Below are positions 26,822-36,625 of a stretch of 64,000 nt of DNA, piece by piece. The notes beneath the pieces were generated by a model that saw only the letters and a list, made by a program, of their open reading frames with translations, was not told the origin of the DNA and searched no databases. The stretch comes from a virus, in IMG/VR virus record IMGVR_UViG_3300051212_000550. The stretch is one strand, 5' to 3'. The translations under genes and the position numbers were made by a program. How positions within the stretch are numbered: the first letter of the stretch is position 1; each line of letters starts with the position of its first letter.

Positions 26822-27061
26822 TCAATATAATTTTGGTGGAAGTTTTTGATCACGTAATTTTTTCTGCCAACGTGCTTTGGCTGCTGATTTCTTACGCTTT
26901 CTTTCAGTGGTGGGCTTTTCGTAAAATTCTTTTTTACGCAATGTTTCGAGGGTACCAGCTTCTTCTACTTTCTTTTTAAAACGTTTTAAGGCACGGTTAA
27001 TATCTTCGCCTTCTTTAAGTACTACTGTATTACCGGAAGGTTTATGTGTAAATTTGTTCAT
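26822..27061 (-). CDS. rpsU: 30S ribosomal protein S21
   Basis: ALKRFKKKVEEAGTLETLRKKEFYEKPTTERKRKKSAA aligns with bacterial S21. Confidence 0.9.
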   Translation of the reverse strand: MNKFTHKPSGNTVVLKEGEDINRALKRFKKKVEEAGTLETLRKKEFYEKPTTERKRKKSAAKARWQKKLRDQKLPPKLY

Positions 27062-27434
27062 ATTTCCTAATATACTCTAATAAAGATTCTTTAAAAGATA
27101 CTGCATCGTATATATCTCTATTATTAACCATTGATAAATTTCTGAGAGGTCCAAAATAAAAACTATTTGGCTGAGCTGCCAAATAACCGTTAATTTCTCC
27201 ACAATTCGTACTTGCATTAAAGACGATTAAGTGACTTTTTGTCTTTTTATCAAAGAGCCATTTTTCATCCTCGCCTTCATTCCAGACATAGACAACAGAA
27301 TCAACTATCTCATCTATATCAGTTACTATGTCAGAAAGAAACTGAGTTTGATCAACAGTTAGATTAACACATAACACCCTAAATGCGTCTAGTAATATAT
27401 CATCGGGTGCTGTAACTAAAGTAATATTATTCAT
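27042..27434 (-). CDS. hypothetical protein
   Basis: ORF track. Confidence 0.5.
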   Translation of the reverse strand: MNNITLVTAPDDILLDAFRVLCVNLTVDQTQFLSDIVTDIDEIVDSVVYVWNEGEDEKWLFDKKTKSHLIVFNASTNCGEINGYLAAQPNSFYFGPLRNLSMVNNRDIYDAVSFKESLLEYIRKYEQIYT

Positions 27435-27714
27435 TAAATTTTAGATAAAACTTCTGCAACAATTTCAGCATCTTCAACTGAAAGATCTTCTGGTTTGATT
27501 TCTCGTGAACGAAGTTTTTTAATAAATGTCATAATTCTAGTTAGCTCAGGATCGTCTTCGTCATAAATTTCTAGATCCAAAGAACTTAGATTGTCTTTGT
27601 CGAGATTTCTGTAGATCCTGTCACGAGGAGTAAAATTATCTTCAACCGGCTGTCTTTCTTTAATTTTTTTCCAAACAGTTGAATTATTCTGTTCGCTATT
27701 TTGTTGATAGGATT

Positions 27715-28971
27715 CTATTCCGGACGAGTCTTCTTGATCTGTTCCTTGCCTTCCTTCTCGAACCAGGTCAACTCTTTTTTTTTAGAATCTTCTTCGGTTT
27801 GCTCTTCTGCCCATTCTTTGGCCTTGTCAGCTTCTTCAGTCTGGGGGTTTTCTTCCGCCCATTTCTTAGCTTCTTCGGCTGCTAGGGCTTCTGCACGTAA
27901 ACGCTCTGCTTCTTTTTCTGCTTCTTTCTCTGCTTCTTCGATCATTTTGTTCCACTGATCAATAGGCATCGGTGTTTCTTCTAATTGTTCAACACGTTGA
28001 GCTATTCTTCCCTCGGCTTCTTTGAGGAAATCTTTTTCTTCCAAAGGATTCACTGGTTCAGTTTTTTCAACTGTGGCTGCAGGAAAGGGCCATTTATTAT
28101 TTGGCGATTCTGTAAGATCCTGTGTTTCTACAGTTTCCTCTTTAATAACTGGTCCACGGACTCCATTAGAAAAGTCGTACTCTTCTCTCATTTGATCCGG
28201 ATCATTGCGATAACGGCGATGCCATTCAAAAGTCATCTGTGCAGCCAGCAACATGATAACTGCCAGTGGATCAAATACTATAACGATAAGAATGATGACC
28301 CATGTAACTGCTTTTTCTAGCATGTTCTCATCGGCACCTTTATCACCATAGATAAATTTAGCGATATATTTCAGTGGTCCAACCTCTGCTTCTACCTTGC
28401 GAACCTCGGCCGCGATTGGCGCACGTTCTGCTTGTAGTTGAGAAATGTTCTTTTGTGCTTTGACGATTTCTGCTTGTAAGGCAGCACGTTCTTTGGCTTG
28501 ATTACGACGGATCTGAACTGCACGTTCTGCACCACGATCAGTATCAGTACGACCTAGCATCTGATCGACCTGAGCATCCATTTGAGACAGTGCTTTCTTG
28601 GCCGTTTCTATATTATCTTTTTCAGTCTTGATCTTTTCATCATAGATCGCGATTTGAGATAACACATCTCCAGATACTAGATTCTGATCATTATGTGCTT
28701 TTGACAGGAACCCAAAGATTCCCATAGAAGTAATTAACATGAGCACAACTACTGATGTGCCCATGTAGTATTTCATGAATCGTGGAGCACGATTCCAATT
28801 TGCCTTTAACCAACTAGCACAGACTAATTTGGCAATCTCTAATGTCGTTCCCATAATGTAAATGGGAATCACTGCCGCAGAGAAAATAGCGGCTAAACCA
28901 ACTACTGAGTAGTAGATTGCAACCGCTGAAATTGTTAAACCAGTTAATAGTAGTAGATAGGCTAAGAGCAT
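27715..28971 (-). CDS. polytopic membrane protein with a long cytoplasmic coiled coil (AEKEAEKEAERLRAE); TAG stop
   Basis: ORF track; 4 TM helices at the N-terminus; the frame stays open for 42 codons beyond the TAG. Confidence 0.6.
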   Translation of the reverse strand: MLLAYLLLLTGLTISAVAIYYSVVGLAAIFSAAVIPIYIMGTTLEIAKLVCASWLKANWNRAPRFMKYYMGTSVVVLMLITSMGIFGFLSKAHNDQNLVSGDVLSQIAIYDEKIKTEKDNIETAKKALSQMDAQVDQMLGRTDTDRGAERAVQIRRNQAKERAALQAEIVKAQKNISQLQAERAPIAAEVRKVEAEVGPLKYIAKFIYGDKGADENMLEKAVTWVIILIVIVFDPLAVIMLLAAQMTFEWHRRYRNDPDQMREEYDFSNGVRGPVIKEETVETQDLTESPNNKWPFPAATVEKTEPVNPLEEKDFLKEAEGRIAQRVEQLEETPMPIDQWNKMIEEAEKEAEKEAERLRAEALAAEEAKKWAEENPQTEEADKAKEWAEEQTEEDSKKKELTWFEKEGKEQIKKTRPE

Positions 28972-28978
28972 TAAGCTA

Positions 28979-29674
28979 TTATGCGTTCACCAGGGTTACT
29001 GTGTCAACCAGTGTGACAGTCACATCTGTATGTGCAACTTTTGGTGTCACTGGGGATGCAACAGTAATCTGTTCTTGTCCGCCTGCTAGTCCGTCATATA
29101 CTCTAGCTGACTTAACGAATTTGTCAGTCGAAGTAACAACAGCAGCAGAAACATCAGTTAGGTAATCTGCATAACCTTTGGTAATGCCGCGAACGACTAG
29201 TTCTTTAACTGCCAATGCTGTAGTGGTACAGCTGGTAGCAGAACCTAAAGTTTCATGATCGGTCATTTTGGCAGCACCGCCGGAAATTCTTCCTTCAGCA
29301 ATTAACTGTGCTTGAACGCCAGGTAATACGAATGCATCGCGGTCATATTTAACTGTAAAAGACAATGCTGTAGTAACATCATCTGCTTCGTCTAGAGTAG
29401 ACGGACCTGCTTCTGTAGCTGTCACATCTAGAATTTGGCAATCGCTGTATCTTGAAAGATTTTGGATAACCGCTTCCCAGCGCAGATTACCTCTTGCTCT
29501 GCGTCTAGCATTTGCAATAGTCGTGTTCATTGTTGCGAAAGAATCGCCGCTATCAGGCTCAACACTACCCGAAGTCGTATTAGCGGCTGTGGAATCATAA
29601 CCACTAAGATCAATAGTAACTCTATAAAAATTAGGACTTAGCTGGTTTGTGTCTTGTTGGAATCCTGAGGCCAT
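28979..29674 (-). CDS. hypothetical protein (Thr/Ala/Val-rich, possible structural)
   Basis: ORF track. Confidence 0.5.
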   Translation of the reverse strand: MASGFQQDTNQLSPNFYRVTIDLSGYDSTAANTTSGSVEPDSGDSFATMNTTIANARRRARGNLRWEAVIQNLSRYSDCQILDVTATEAGPSTLDEADDVTTALSFTVKYDRDAFVLPGVQAQLIAEGRISGGAAKMTDHETLGSATSCTTTALAVKELVVRGITKGYADYLTDVSAAVVTSTDKFVKSARVYDGLAGGQEQITVASPVTPKVAHTDVTVTLVDTVTLVNA

Positions 29675-29698
29675 ATAAATATCTCCTTAATGTTATAT

Positions 29699-30127
29699 TT
29701 ATTCATTTACCCACATCCAACTGTCGTTTGTCTTGTTGTAGCAGGCTGTATTTTTTAATCGCTTTTCAGTTTCATGGGCGATTACTCTTATATATATGCG
29801 CCTGCAATATCCACTACCTGTAGGGTATGTAACAATGGGAACTGCTTCACCGCTAGCATTACCCCTAAACCAGCGTACACCCTGCCCATTATCTGCGTAC
29901 ATTACTGCGTGTGTAAGACTCTGATGATAGGCTATGCTTTCTTCTGTAGAAAGTGTTTTAAACCATCCGAAAGAAACATCAGATAGGCGGTTCACAAAAT
30001 CGCCGCCGCTGTATTCGAAAAACTTAGGATCGTTAAAATCAGATGCTAGTGCGTTATTGAATGTTAATAACTTCCCAATTACGACCATCAAAACAGCTAA
30101 TCGCACGATACGGAACATCTTTGCCAC
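29699..30127 (-). CDS. secreted protein
   Basis: signal peptide LAVLMVVIGKLLTFNNALA. Confidence 0.5.
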   Translation of the reverse strand: MAKMFRIVRLAVLMVVIGKLLTFNNALASDFNDPKFFEYSGGDFVNRLSDVSFGWFKTLSTEESIAYHQSLTHAVMYADNGQGVRWFRGNASGEAVPIVTYPTGSGYCRRIYIRVIAHETEKRLKNTACYNKTNDSWMWVNE

Positions 30128-30368
30128 CCTTTCTCATGTAACTTGTAAAATATCCACAATTATTAGCCATACCCAAACGTTGAGATATAACACGTTCAAT
30201 TTGATCATCTGTACATTTCACCACTGTTTTACTGTTAACAGTTTCTCGATTCTCAGACTCGATAGTCTGATAGGTATGACAGTATTGAGGTTTTTCTGCC
30301 TGAATCTTGGGAACGGAAGAACAGCCAATCAATGCTAGACTGGCTGTTAATGCGATAAAGATTTTCAT
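30054..30368 (-). CDS. lipoprotein
   Basis: lipobox LALIGCSS. Confidence 0.5.
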   Translation of the reverse strand: MKIFIALTASLALIGCSSVPKIQAEKPQYCHTYQTIESENRETVNSKTVVKCTDDQIERVISQRLGMANNCGYFTSYMRKGGKDVPYRAISCFDGRNWEVINIQ

Positions 30369-30913
30369 TGACGAGCCGCTTTCTGTTCTTTGGCTTCAGC
30401 AATTAACTGATCAAAGACAGGCTTGGGCATTTTCAGACGAACAAAAGTATAGTGACGACCGTTCATTGTAAAATGTCCGACTTCACGTTGTAGATGTTCA
30501 CGAATAGTGGTGTCGCGAACTACATAAGAAATTTTGGTATAAGTTGATTTCTTATCATCGCGGAATTCAATCTTAGTTTCGCTGTTAACTTCGCTGTTGA
30601 TGCGTTTAGCAAAATTGTTCATAGCGATAGCATACATTTGTTCTTCTGCGGCTTGTGCGTGGATTGACTCACCAGCACCACAGGCGTATGCCATTTCTTT
30701 ACTCCACCAGAACCAACCTTCAGTTCCGGCTTGCGCACAACTTTGATACCAACCGGGCTGTGCATAAGTTTTGCGATCATCGATTTCTTTCATTGACGAA
30801 CAACCAGTAATAGCCGCTGCCAACAACCCAATTGCAAGTGCCTTTTTCATATTGCCTCTTTCTGTGTGTGTTAAAGACAGTAATAATATAACACCGTAGT
30901 CAACCAGAGTCAA
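30365..30913 (-). CDS. lipoprotein
   Basis: lipobox AAAITGCSS. Confidence 0.55.
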   Translation of the reverse strand: MTLVDYGVILLLSLTHTERGNMKKALAIGLLAAAITGCSSMKEIDDRKTYAQPGWYQSCAQAGTEGWFWWSKEMAYACGAGESIHAQAAEEQMYAIAMNNFAKRINSEVNSETKIEFRDDKKSTYTKISYVVRDTTIREHLQREVGHFTMNGRHYTFVRLKMPKPVFDQLIAEAKEQKAARQ

Positions 30914-30931
30914 CTACGGTGATTACCAATT

Positions 30932-31243
30932 TTACTTAAAGAAAATCAGTGCCATAAATGTAGCTTGTAGAATAAATCCAAACCCGATTGTGGCAACATT
31001 GAGCATATCTTTGATTAGTACTGCACGGAAGAACAGCAATGTCAATCCGCCCCAGACCATTAACAAAATATCTACGCCCGGTAACTTGTCAGTTAAACCC
31101 ATCATAACTGCAAGAAATGTAGGCAATGTTGATGCATGGATAACGATAGTAGCTAACCAACCCAAAGCCTCGCTACTGATATGATTAAATTTTGTTGCAA
31201 CAAATTCTTTTGCCTTGTTAAACCAAAGTTCAAACTTTTCCAT
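30932..31243 (-). CDS. small polytopic membrane protein (possible holin-like)
   Basis: three hydrophobic segments; directly precedes the SleB hydrolase in transcription order. Confidence 0.4.
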   Translation of the reverse strand: MEKFELWFNKAKEFVATKFNHISSEALGWLATIVIHASTLPTFLAVMMGLTDKLPGVDILLMVWGGLTLLFFRAVLIKDMLNVATIGFGFILQATFMALIFFK

Positions 31244-31245
31244 TC

Positions 31246-31785
31246 TTAATCCCTATAAAAAATATGACGTCCAATTTTACCAATCTTTTCCTTGCCCCAA
31301 CGAGGATTTACATAATCTGCATGATAATACATTGCATCTCTCATTACGTCAAGTCTAAAATTTTCTAGTAAAACTTTTTTGGCGACTTTGTATGATTCAT
31401 CATAATGTGCTTGACTACGGATTGGTGGCTTGCCACCATTTTCGCAATACCATGAGAATTGGCATACGACCTTTTCGTAGATTACATTTTTTTGATATAC
31501 AACTGCGCAAACATCATTTGGGAATTTTCCACTGGCGGCACGGTTCATTGTAACCTGTGCAACTGCTACCTTTCCTTCAAATGGTTCTGTAGCTGCTTCG
31601 TGGTAGATGTTTTTAGCAAGACAATCTAGTTGGCGCTCACGATCTCGAATAGTGACTATATCGGAGTTTGAAACACCTGCTGTCAGTTTTAACTGATCAA
31701 TTTTTGCTGCTGTTACTGATTTGATCGCGGTGACTGTTAAGATCAAACCAACGATCAAAATAATAGGCTTAAAAACCTTTTCCAT
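31246..31785 (-). CDS. SleB-family cell wall hydrolase (candidate endolysin)
   Basis: CLAKNIYHEA...EGKVAVAQVTMNR matches the Hydrolase_2/SleB core; N-terminal signal-anchor. Confidence 0.7.
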   Translation of the reverse strand: MEKVFKPIILIVGLILTVTAIKSVTAAKIDQLKLTAGVSNSDIVTIRDRERQLDCLAKNIYHEAATEPFEGKVAVAQVTMNRAASGKFPNDVCAVVYQKNVIYEKVVCQFSWYCENGGKPPIRSQAHYDESYKVAKKVLLENFRLDVMRDAMYYHADYVNPRWGKEKIGKIGRHIFYRD

Positions 31786-31788
31786 ATT

Positions 31789-31998
31789 TTATCTCCTTTC
31801 ATTTGGTGTCACGATTAACTGTGACATTACATTAAGGGAGTAAACTTCACGAGGCTCTTGAAAGAACCCTGGGTTCGTGTAGTTGTTCTCCATTGGACGC
31901 ACAATCTCATAACTTGTGTGCCTTTGGAGCCTTGACCGCCCGAATCTCACGGGTTTCTCATAGGCCAAGACTCGCGGAACCGTTTCAGCTTTTGACAT
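31789..31998 (-). CDS. hypothetical small protein
   Basis: ORF track. Confidence 0.4.
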   Translation of the reverse strand: MSKAETVPRVLAYEKPVRFGRSRLQRHTSYEIVRPMENNYTNPGFFQEPREVYSLNVMSQLIVTPNERR

Positions 31999-32034
31999 AC
32001 TTTGGTTCTACTATCTTAGTTTCTTTGCGAAACG

Positions 32035-32598
32035 TTAATTATATAGTTCATCTTCAACATTATAGCACGAAAATAGGCGATTATTGAGCTGTTTTGTCCA
32101 AAAATCGTCAAACCAATAACGATCATACTGCACCGGTGCATTAATCGGACAAAAACTTCTTTTCGTAGCACGATAAGGAACAATATGTTCTAGTTTCATT
32201 AATTCAACACCATTACACTTACATAAATCTTGAAAATATAATTCGAAACTATTAATATCCACATCAGAAAACCATTCTGTATGCCCTGCTCTACCATTTT
32301 TAGAAGCGAGACATCTACCTTCATAGATTGATTTTAATTCATTCTCTATGTCAGCGATTACTCGGTTGTCATATAAGGTTCTTACAATCCAGATATGATC
32401 AAATTGTATTTCTTCATCTGTTCCCTGCTGTTGATTTCGAAGTCGTTGCCAAGGGATATCCATTACTCCAAATTTAGAGTTTCCACGAGGGCTGGTTCTA
32501 AAATAGAAAAACTTATATAGGTAATTGGACATTTGCTGTTCATTAAGTTCGACATGAAAAAACTGATGAAACAGATTTCCTGATTTGCGTGGTTTCAT
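32035..32598 (-). CDS. hypothetical protein
   Basis: ORF track. Confidence 0.5.
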   Translation of the reverse strand: MKPRKSGNLFHQFFHVELNEQQMSNYLYKFFYFRTSPRGNSKFGVMDIPWQRLRNQQQGTDEEIQFDHIWIVRTLYDNRVIADIENELKSIYEGRCLASKNGRAGHTEWFSDVDINSFELYFQDLCKCNGVELMKLEHIVPYRATKRSFCPINAPVQYDRYWFDDFWTKQLNNRLFSCYNVEDELYN

Positions 32599-32972
32599 TA
32601 ACGCCTCATCTTAGAAATTTCAACTGCTTCTTCATCACTGAAAATAGGTACTGCATTACTTTTATGCATAGTGCCGATTCCCTTGACCTTTGTTCCAGTG
32701 TAAACTTTCTGTTCTGGTTTAGTACAAGGGCCACCAGTAAACGGCAGGCTAGGAATACGCTCTGTTTCTCGACGATATGCTGGTTTTTCTAACAAAGGAG
32801 AGGGTTTTGTACTTTTTGGAATGGGGTTTGTTGACTCATACTTCTTAAGTAAAAGACTCCATGATTCTTCTAGTTCGCGAGCCTTACGTGCTTCTTCGGC
32901 GTTGCGAAATTTGCGTTTGCCTTTTTTCTTACCTGTAGTTGATAACCACGGGCCTTCTAAATGCATACTCAA
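32598..32972 (-). CDS. hypothetical basic protein
   Basis: ORF track. Confidence 0.5.
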   Translation of the reverse strand: MSMHLEGPWLSTTGKKKGKRKFRNAEEARKARELEESWSLLLKKYESTNPIPKSTKPSPLLEKPAYRRETERIPSLPFTGGPCTKPEQKVYTGTKVKGIGTMHKSNAVPIFSDEEAVEISKMRR

Positions 32973-33036
32973 AATATATCTCCAAATGTTTACTGAGCTA
33001 TTAGTATAACATCTTTATAGGAAAAGTCAATAAAAA

Positions 33037-33057
33037 ACCCGCCGAAGCGGGTTTTTT
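33037..33057. terminator. bidirectional intrinsic terminator (ACCCGC-cgaa-GCGGGT flanked by A6/T6)
   Basis: seen directly. Confidence 0.75.
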
Positions 33058-33075
33058 ATTTTGGAGAGCTATGTA

Positions 33076-33147
33076 TTAGCGATTAGCGATATACATAGTG
33101 ATCTCAAAACCGTAACGCATTTCAGTTGCTTCTGGCTTGGTCCACAT
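33076..33147 (-). CDS. 23-aa mini-ORF MWTKPEATEMRYGFEITMYIANR with strong SD AGGAG; its stop is embedded in an 8-bp inverted repeat
   Basis: hand-found; AGGAGaaacactATG; IR ctatgtat N14 atacatag at 33069..33098. Confidence 0.3.
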   Translation of the reverse strand: MWTKPEATEMRYGFEITMYIANR

Positions 33148-33246
33148 AGTGTTTCTCCTTTACTAACAACAATAAAAACATACTATTGCAACAGTATGTA
33201 TCACTATTATAAGGCAAAATCATCATGAAAACCATACTGAAAATCA

Positions 33247-34257
33247 TTAAAAGATACTAATGAGATTCTGTTTGAACATCTGCCAACAATTATCCCAGGT
33301 CCATTTTTCCGCAGACTGTTTGACTTTTTCTCTGTCTAATTTAGCAGCCATTTTGATACTGTGAGAAAGATTATCACTCATGTGACCGTTAACGTCTTGT
33401 TCTAAAATGTCGATAGGACCCGGAACAGGATATGCAGCTACGGGAGTTCCGAGGCTAAGACTTTCGATGATTACGATTCCAAATGTGTCTGTGCGGCTAG
33501 GAAAGCAGAATACATCGGCCATAGCGTAACAATCTGCTAAATCGCTTCCTGTCTTGTATCCTAAAAATTTAACCTTTGAATATTTTTTCATCAGCTCTTC
33601 TCTATATGGGCCATCGCCTACTATGGTTATCTCGAATTCATTCTCTAATCGGCATAAGTCGTCTAGATTTTTTTCTTTGCTAACACGACCTGCATAGAGT
33701 ACTGATAGATTAAGATGAAGATATTTCTGATGATTCCATTTTACATTAGTTGATAATGATTGTCGGTCGACGCCTCGAGTCCATGAAATGATATCACCTT
33801 TAAATCCATGATCTTTTAAATCTTTAACCATTGTATCTGTGGTTGTTAACACGCGACCGCTGTGTTTATGAAACCAGCGCACATACCAATAGGTCCAAGA
33901 TTCGGGTATATTGTATATTTCTTTTAGGAATTCAGGGAATTTAGTATGGTAACTAGTATTGTAACGATAGCCGCGTTTGTCAAGATAAAGTCTAGCACAC
34001 AGACCAATAGGACCCTCCGTGGCGATGTGTATATAATCCGGAGATATCTCCTCAATCTTCTTGCCGATCTGCCAAGGAAGGCTAAGTTTAACCTCAGGGT
34101 AGCCTGGGCAACCAAAATGTAAGAACTGCCCGGGATCAAGGTATAGAATGCTATACCCGTCCAGAAGAGCCAGGCTCTCAATATTCTTGAAGGTGGTGAC
34201 AACGCCATTGATCTGCTCCCGGAGATTATCTGTGATGATTAAAATTTTTTGATGCAT
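33247..34257 (-). CDS. GT4-family glycosyltransferase (group 1)
   Basis: C-terminal motif FPSRTDTFGIVIIESLSLGTPVAA. Confidence 0.75.
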   Translation of the reverse strand: MHQKILIITDNLREQINGVVTTFKNIESLALLDGYSILYLDPGQFLHFGCPGYPEVKLSLPWQIGKKIEEISPDYIHIATEGPIGLCARLYLDKRGYRYNTSYHTKFPEFLKEIYNIPESWTYWYVRWFHKHSGRVLTTTDTMVKDLKDHGFKGDIISWTRGVDRQSLSTNVKWNHQKYLHLNLSVLYAGRVSKEKNLDDLCRLENEFEITIVGDGPYREELMKKYSKVKFLGYKTGSDLADCYAMADVFCFPSRTDTFGIVIIESLSLGTPVAAYPVPGPIDILEQDVNGHMSDNLSHSIKMAAKLDREKVKQSAEKWTWDNCWQMFKQNLISIF

Positions 34258-34335
34258 CTACCTTCTACCTTAAATCTTTCAAATTTCAACCAATAAGTCA
34301 TGGTAGTGAGCACACGCTCACACTGTTCTTGAGTG

Positions 34336-35163
34336 TCAAACTCCAATATTATTCTTCCCGGTACGTCCTGAGGATTGCTTATGTGAACCGCTATCAATAT
34401 CATTAACCACATTATCTCGCTCCTGAGTCCAAGTTATGATTTCCCAACGACCGTCCCAATGTTCCACAAGTGCTGTACATGATTCAACCCAGTCACCATC
34501 ATTCATATATGTTACATCATCTATTTCTTTTATTTCTGCATGATGTATGTGACCGCAAATAACACCATCAAAACCCCTCTTCTTACAATAGGCTGCTAGA
34601 TTCTTTTCAAATTGAAAAATAAAGTCTACTGCTTTTTTTACCCTGTGCTTAAGAAAACGGCTAAGGCTAAAATAACCAATACCAACTCTATGTAAGAACC
34701 AATTAAGTTTACTATTAACTGATAAGATAAAATCATAGGCTTTGTCTCCTAAGAATGATAACCACGGTGCAAGTCTAGTGATACCATCAAATAGATCTCC
34801 ATGAACCACTAGATAGTGTTTGCCATCTGCTCCAATATGTTCTATTTGATTATGTATTTCTATCATACCAAATGAAAATCCATATGGTATCATGGGGCGT
34901 AAAAATTCATCGTGGTTACCTGCAACATAAATTACACGGGTGCCGCGCTTGGCATGACCTAGAACACGACGAACAACATTGGTATGTGATTGTTTCCAGC
35001 GCCACTTGTTTTGCTGTATCTTCCAGGCATCAATTATGTCGCCAATGAGATAGAGTGTGTCGCAGGTATTGTGCTTGAGAAAGTTATTTAATGCTTCAGC
35101 CTTGCAATCTTTTGTGCCAAGGTGAACATCGGAAATAAAAATGGAACGGTAAGTTCGCTGCAT
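34336..35163 (-). CDS. LpxH-family metallophosphoesterase (UDP-2,3-diacylglucosamine diphosphatase-like)
   Basis: ISDVHLG..LYLIGDIIDAW / GNHDEFL / VVHGDLFDG / ICGHIHH parallel E. coli LpxH motif by motif. Confidence 0.65.
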   Translation of the reverse strand: MQRTYRSIFISDVHLGTKDCKAEALNNFLKHNTCDTLYLIGDIIDAWKIQQNKWRWKQSHTNVVRRVLGHAKRGTRVIYVAGNHDEFLRPMIPYGFSFGMIEIHNQIEHIGADGKHYLVVHGDLFDGITRLAPWLSFLGDKAYDFILSVNSKLNWFLHRVGIGYFSLSRFLKHRVKKAVDFIFQFEKNLAAYCKKRGFDGVICGHIHHAEIKEIDDVTYMNDGDWVESCTALVEHWDGRWEIITWTQERDNVVNDIDSGSHKQSSGRTGKNNIGV

Positions 35164-35404
35164 AGCAGTATTTACCGTTCCTAGCTGTGTGTAAGATTAC
35201 AGATCAGTTACAAGTAATTAAATCTGAACCACGGTCCAACGGTGTGTAAAATGCTTACCTTCGGCCTTGCGTTTCGCGATTTTACGAAATTCTTCTTTTT
35301 GAAGTTCCGCTAATTTCTTGGCGTCGTGGTCGAAGCAAGCACGATACAGTTCCGCTACTAGCTTCTTCTGTTTCATAGTCTTGCCCCTCCTTGAAAAGTA
35401 TTTA

Positions 35405-35911
35405 TTAACTGTTCAATACCTTAGCAACACTATTCATTACTGCGGCAATGCGTCCAATGTCACGTAGTTGCTCAACAGTATAGCCTTCAGTCTTTAGTGT
35501 GTCATAGTGTGCCTTAACGCAGAAGTGACACTTGCCAACAATACTTGCGGCAAGACTAAACGCTTCAAAGTTTGCCTTGGTAGTTCCGCCATGACTTGCG
35601 ATTGCATTCATACGTAACTGTGCTGGCAATCCTTTAAGTTGTTCATCATCTGCCATTTCAACATATGGATACCATACATTGTTTTGTGCCATGATGCTTG
35701 CGGCAGTCATTGCGGCATCTGCATGAACAGGTGCATCAGCTAACATAACAGCAAGTACTTTACCGTTACCAGTTGCGGCGAGTGCGGCTACAGCACAACC
35801 CATAGCCACATCAGCATCTAATGTGCTACGCAAAAGGACAGCGTCCAAGTTTAACTTGGTGTCCTTTGCGTATTCTGGCAACGCATCTTTGATAGCGTCA
35901 CTGAATGCCAT
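35405..35911 (-). CDS. ahpD: AhpD-like alkylhydroperoxidase (carboxymuconolactone decarboxylase family)
   Basis: CxxC-H motif [10 protein letters not shown]. Confidence 0.7.
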   Translation of the reverse strand: MAFSDAIKDALPEYAKDTKLNLDAVLLRSTLDADVAMGCAVAALAATGNGKVLAVMLADAPVHADAAMTAASIMAQNNVWYPYVEMADDEQLKGLPAQLRMNAIASHGGTTKANFEAFSLAASIVGKCHFCVKAHYDTLKTEGYTVEQLRDIGRIAAVMNSVAKVLNS

Positions 35912-36444
35912 TATAGTGTCTCCCCGCCTACTGCACGGTTACAAGCACAAAGTTCGCCAGTTTGTAGCGCATCAAGAACACGTAGAGTTTCTTCTGGGCT
36001 ACGACCAACGTTCAAGTTGTTGACAGTAACGTGTTGAATAACGTTCTCTGGGTCAACAATAAATGTTGCGCGAAGTGCTGCGCCTGCTGGAGAATAGAAT
36101 ACGCCTAACTGATTGATTAGGCTTAGGTCGCCACGTTGTGTGTCTGCGAATTGTGTATGTGTAATCTTTGCCAAGTCTGGGTGTGCCTTTTGCCATGCTA
36201 GTTTACAGAACTCGTTGTCTGTTGAACCTGTAAGCAATACAGCATCGCGGTCTTTGAAATCGCCTGTGAGCTTATCATAAGCAACAATTTCTGTTGGACA
36301 TACAAATGTAAAGTCCTTTGGATAGTAAACGATGACTTTCCACTTGCCTGCGAAAGATTCGTCAGTAATGTCAAAGAATTGATCACTACCTGGATTAACA
36401 CCTGTTACGGCAAACTTTTCAATTTTATCACCAACTGTTTTCAT
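35911..36444 (-). CDS. ahpC: peroxiredoxin (AhpC/TSA family)
   Basis: peroxidatic-Cys motif FTFVCPTE; start moved to MKTVGDK (SD AAGGAG, -10 TATAAT at 36501..36506). Confidence 0.8.
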   Translation of the reverse strand: MKTVGDKIEKFAVTGVNPGSDQFFDITDESFAGKWKVIVYYPKDFTFVCPTEIVAYDKLTGDFKDRDAVLLTGSTDNEFCKLAWQKAHPDLAKITHTQFADTQRGDLSLINQLGVFYSPAGAALRATFIVDPENVIQHVTVNNLNVGRSPEETLRVLDALQTGELCACNRAVGGETL

Positions 36445-36593
36445 ATCATTCTCCTTTGTGTGTGTTGAAAACTTAATAGGACTCTTCGTCCTGTACAAAT
36501 ATTATACATTTAATTATCCTATTAATCTAGAATTTTAATAGGTTTTTTTATTGTATTTTTTTATAAGCATCATTGAATAAACCAATAACGATT

Positions 36594-36625
36594 AAAAAAG
36601 CGACCCGAAGGTCGCTTTACTATTT
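36594..36625 (-). terminator. intrinsic terminator (AGCGACC-uucg-GGUCGCU + U6) ending the tmRNA precursor
   Basis: seen directly. Confidence 0.75.

Noticed and set aside
27437-27717. Possible stop-codon recoding (TAG read-through) giving a 42-aa extension of gene 27715..28971
   Set aside because: The extension is low-complexity and AT-rich, and an open stretch of that length is not statistically unusual. Other genes end cleanly in TAA or TGA. Kept only as a note linked to the CUA tRNA
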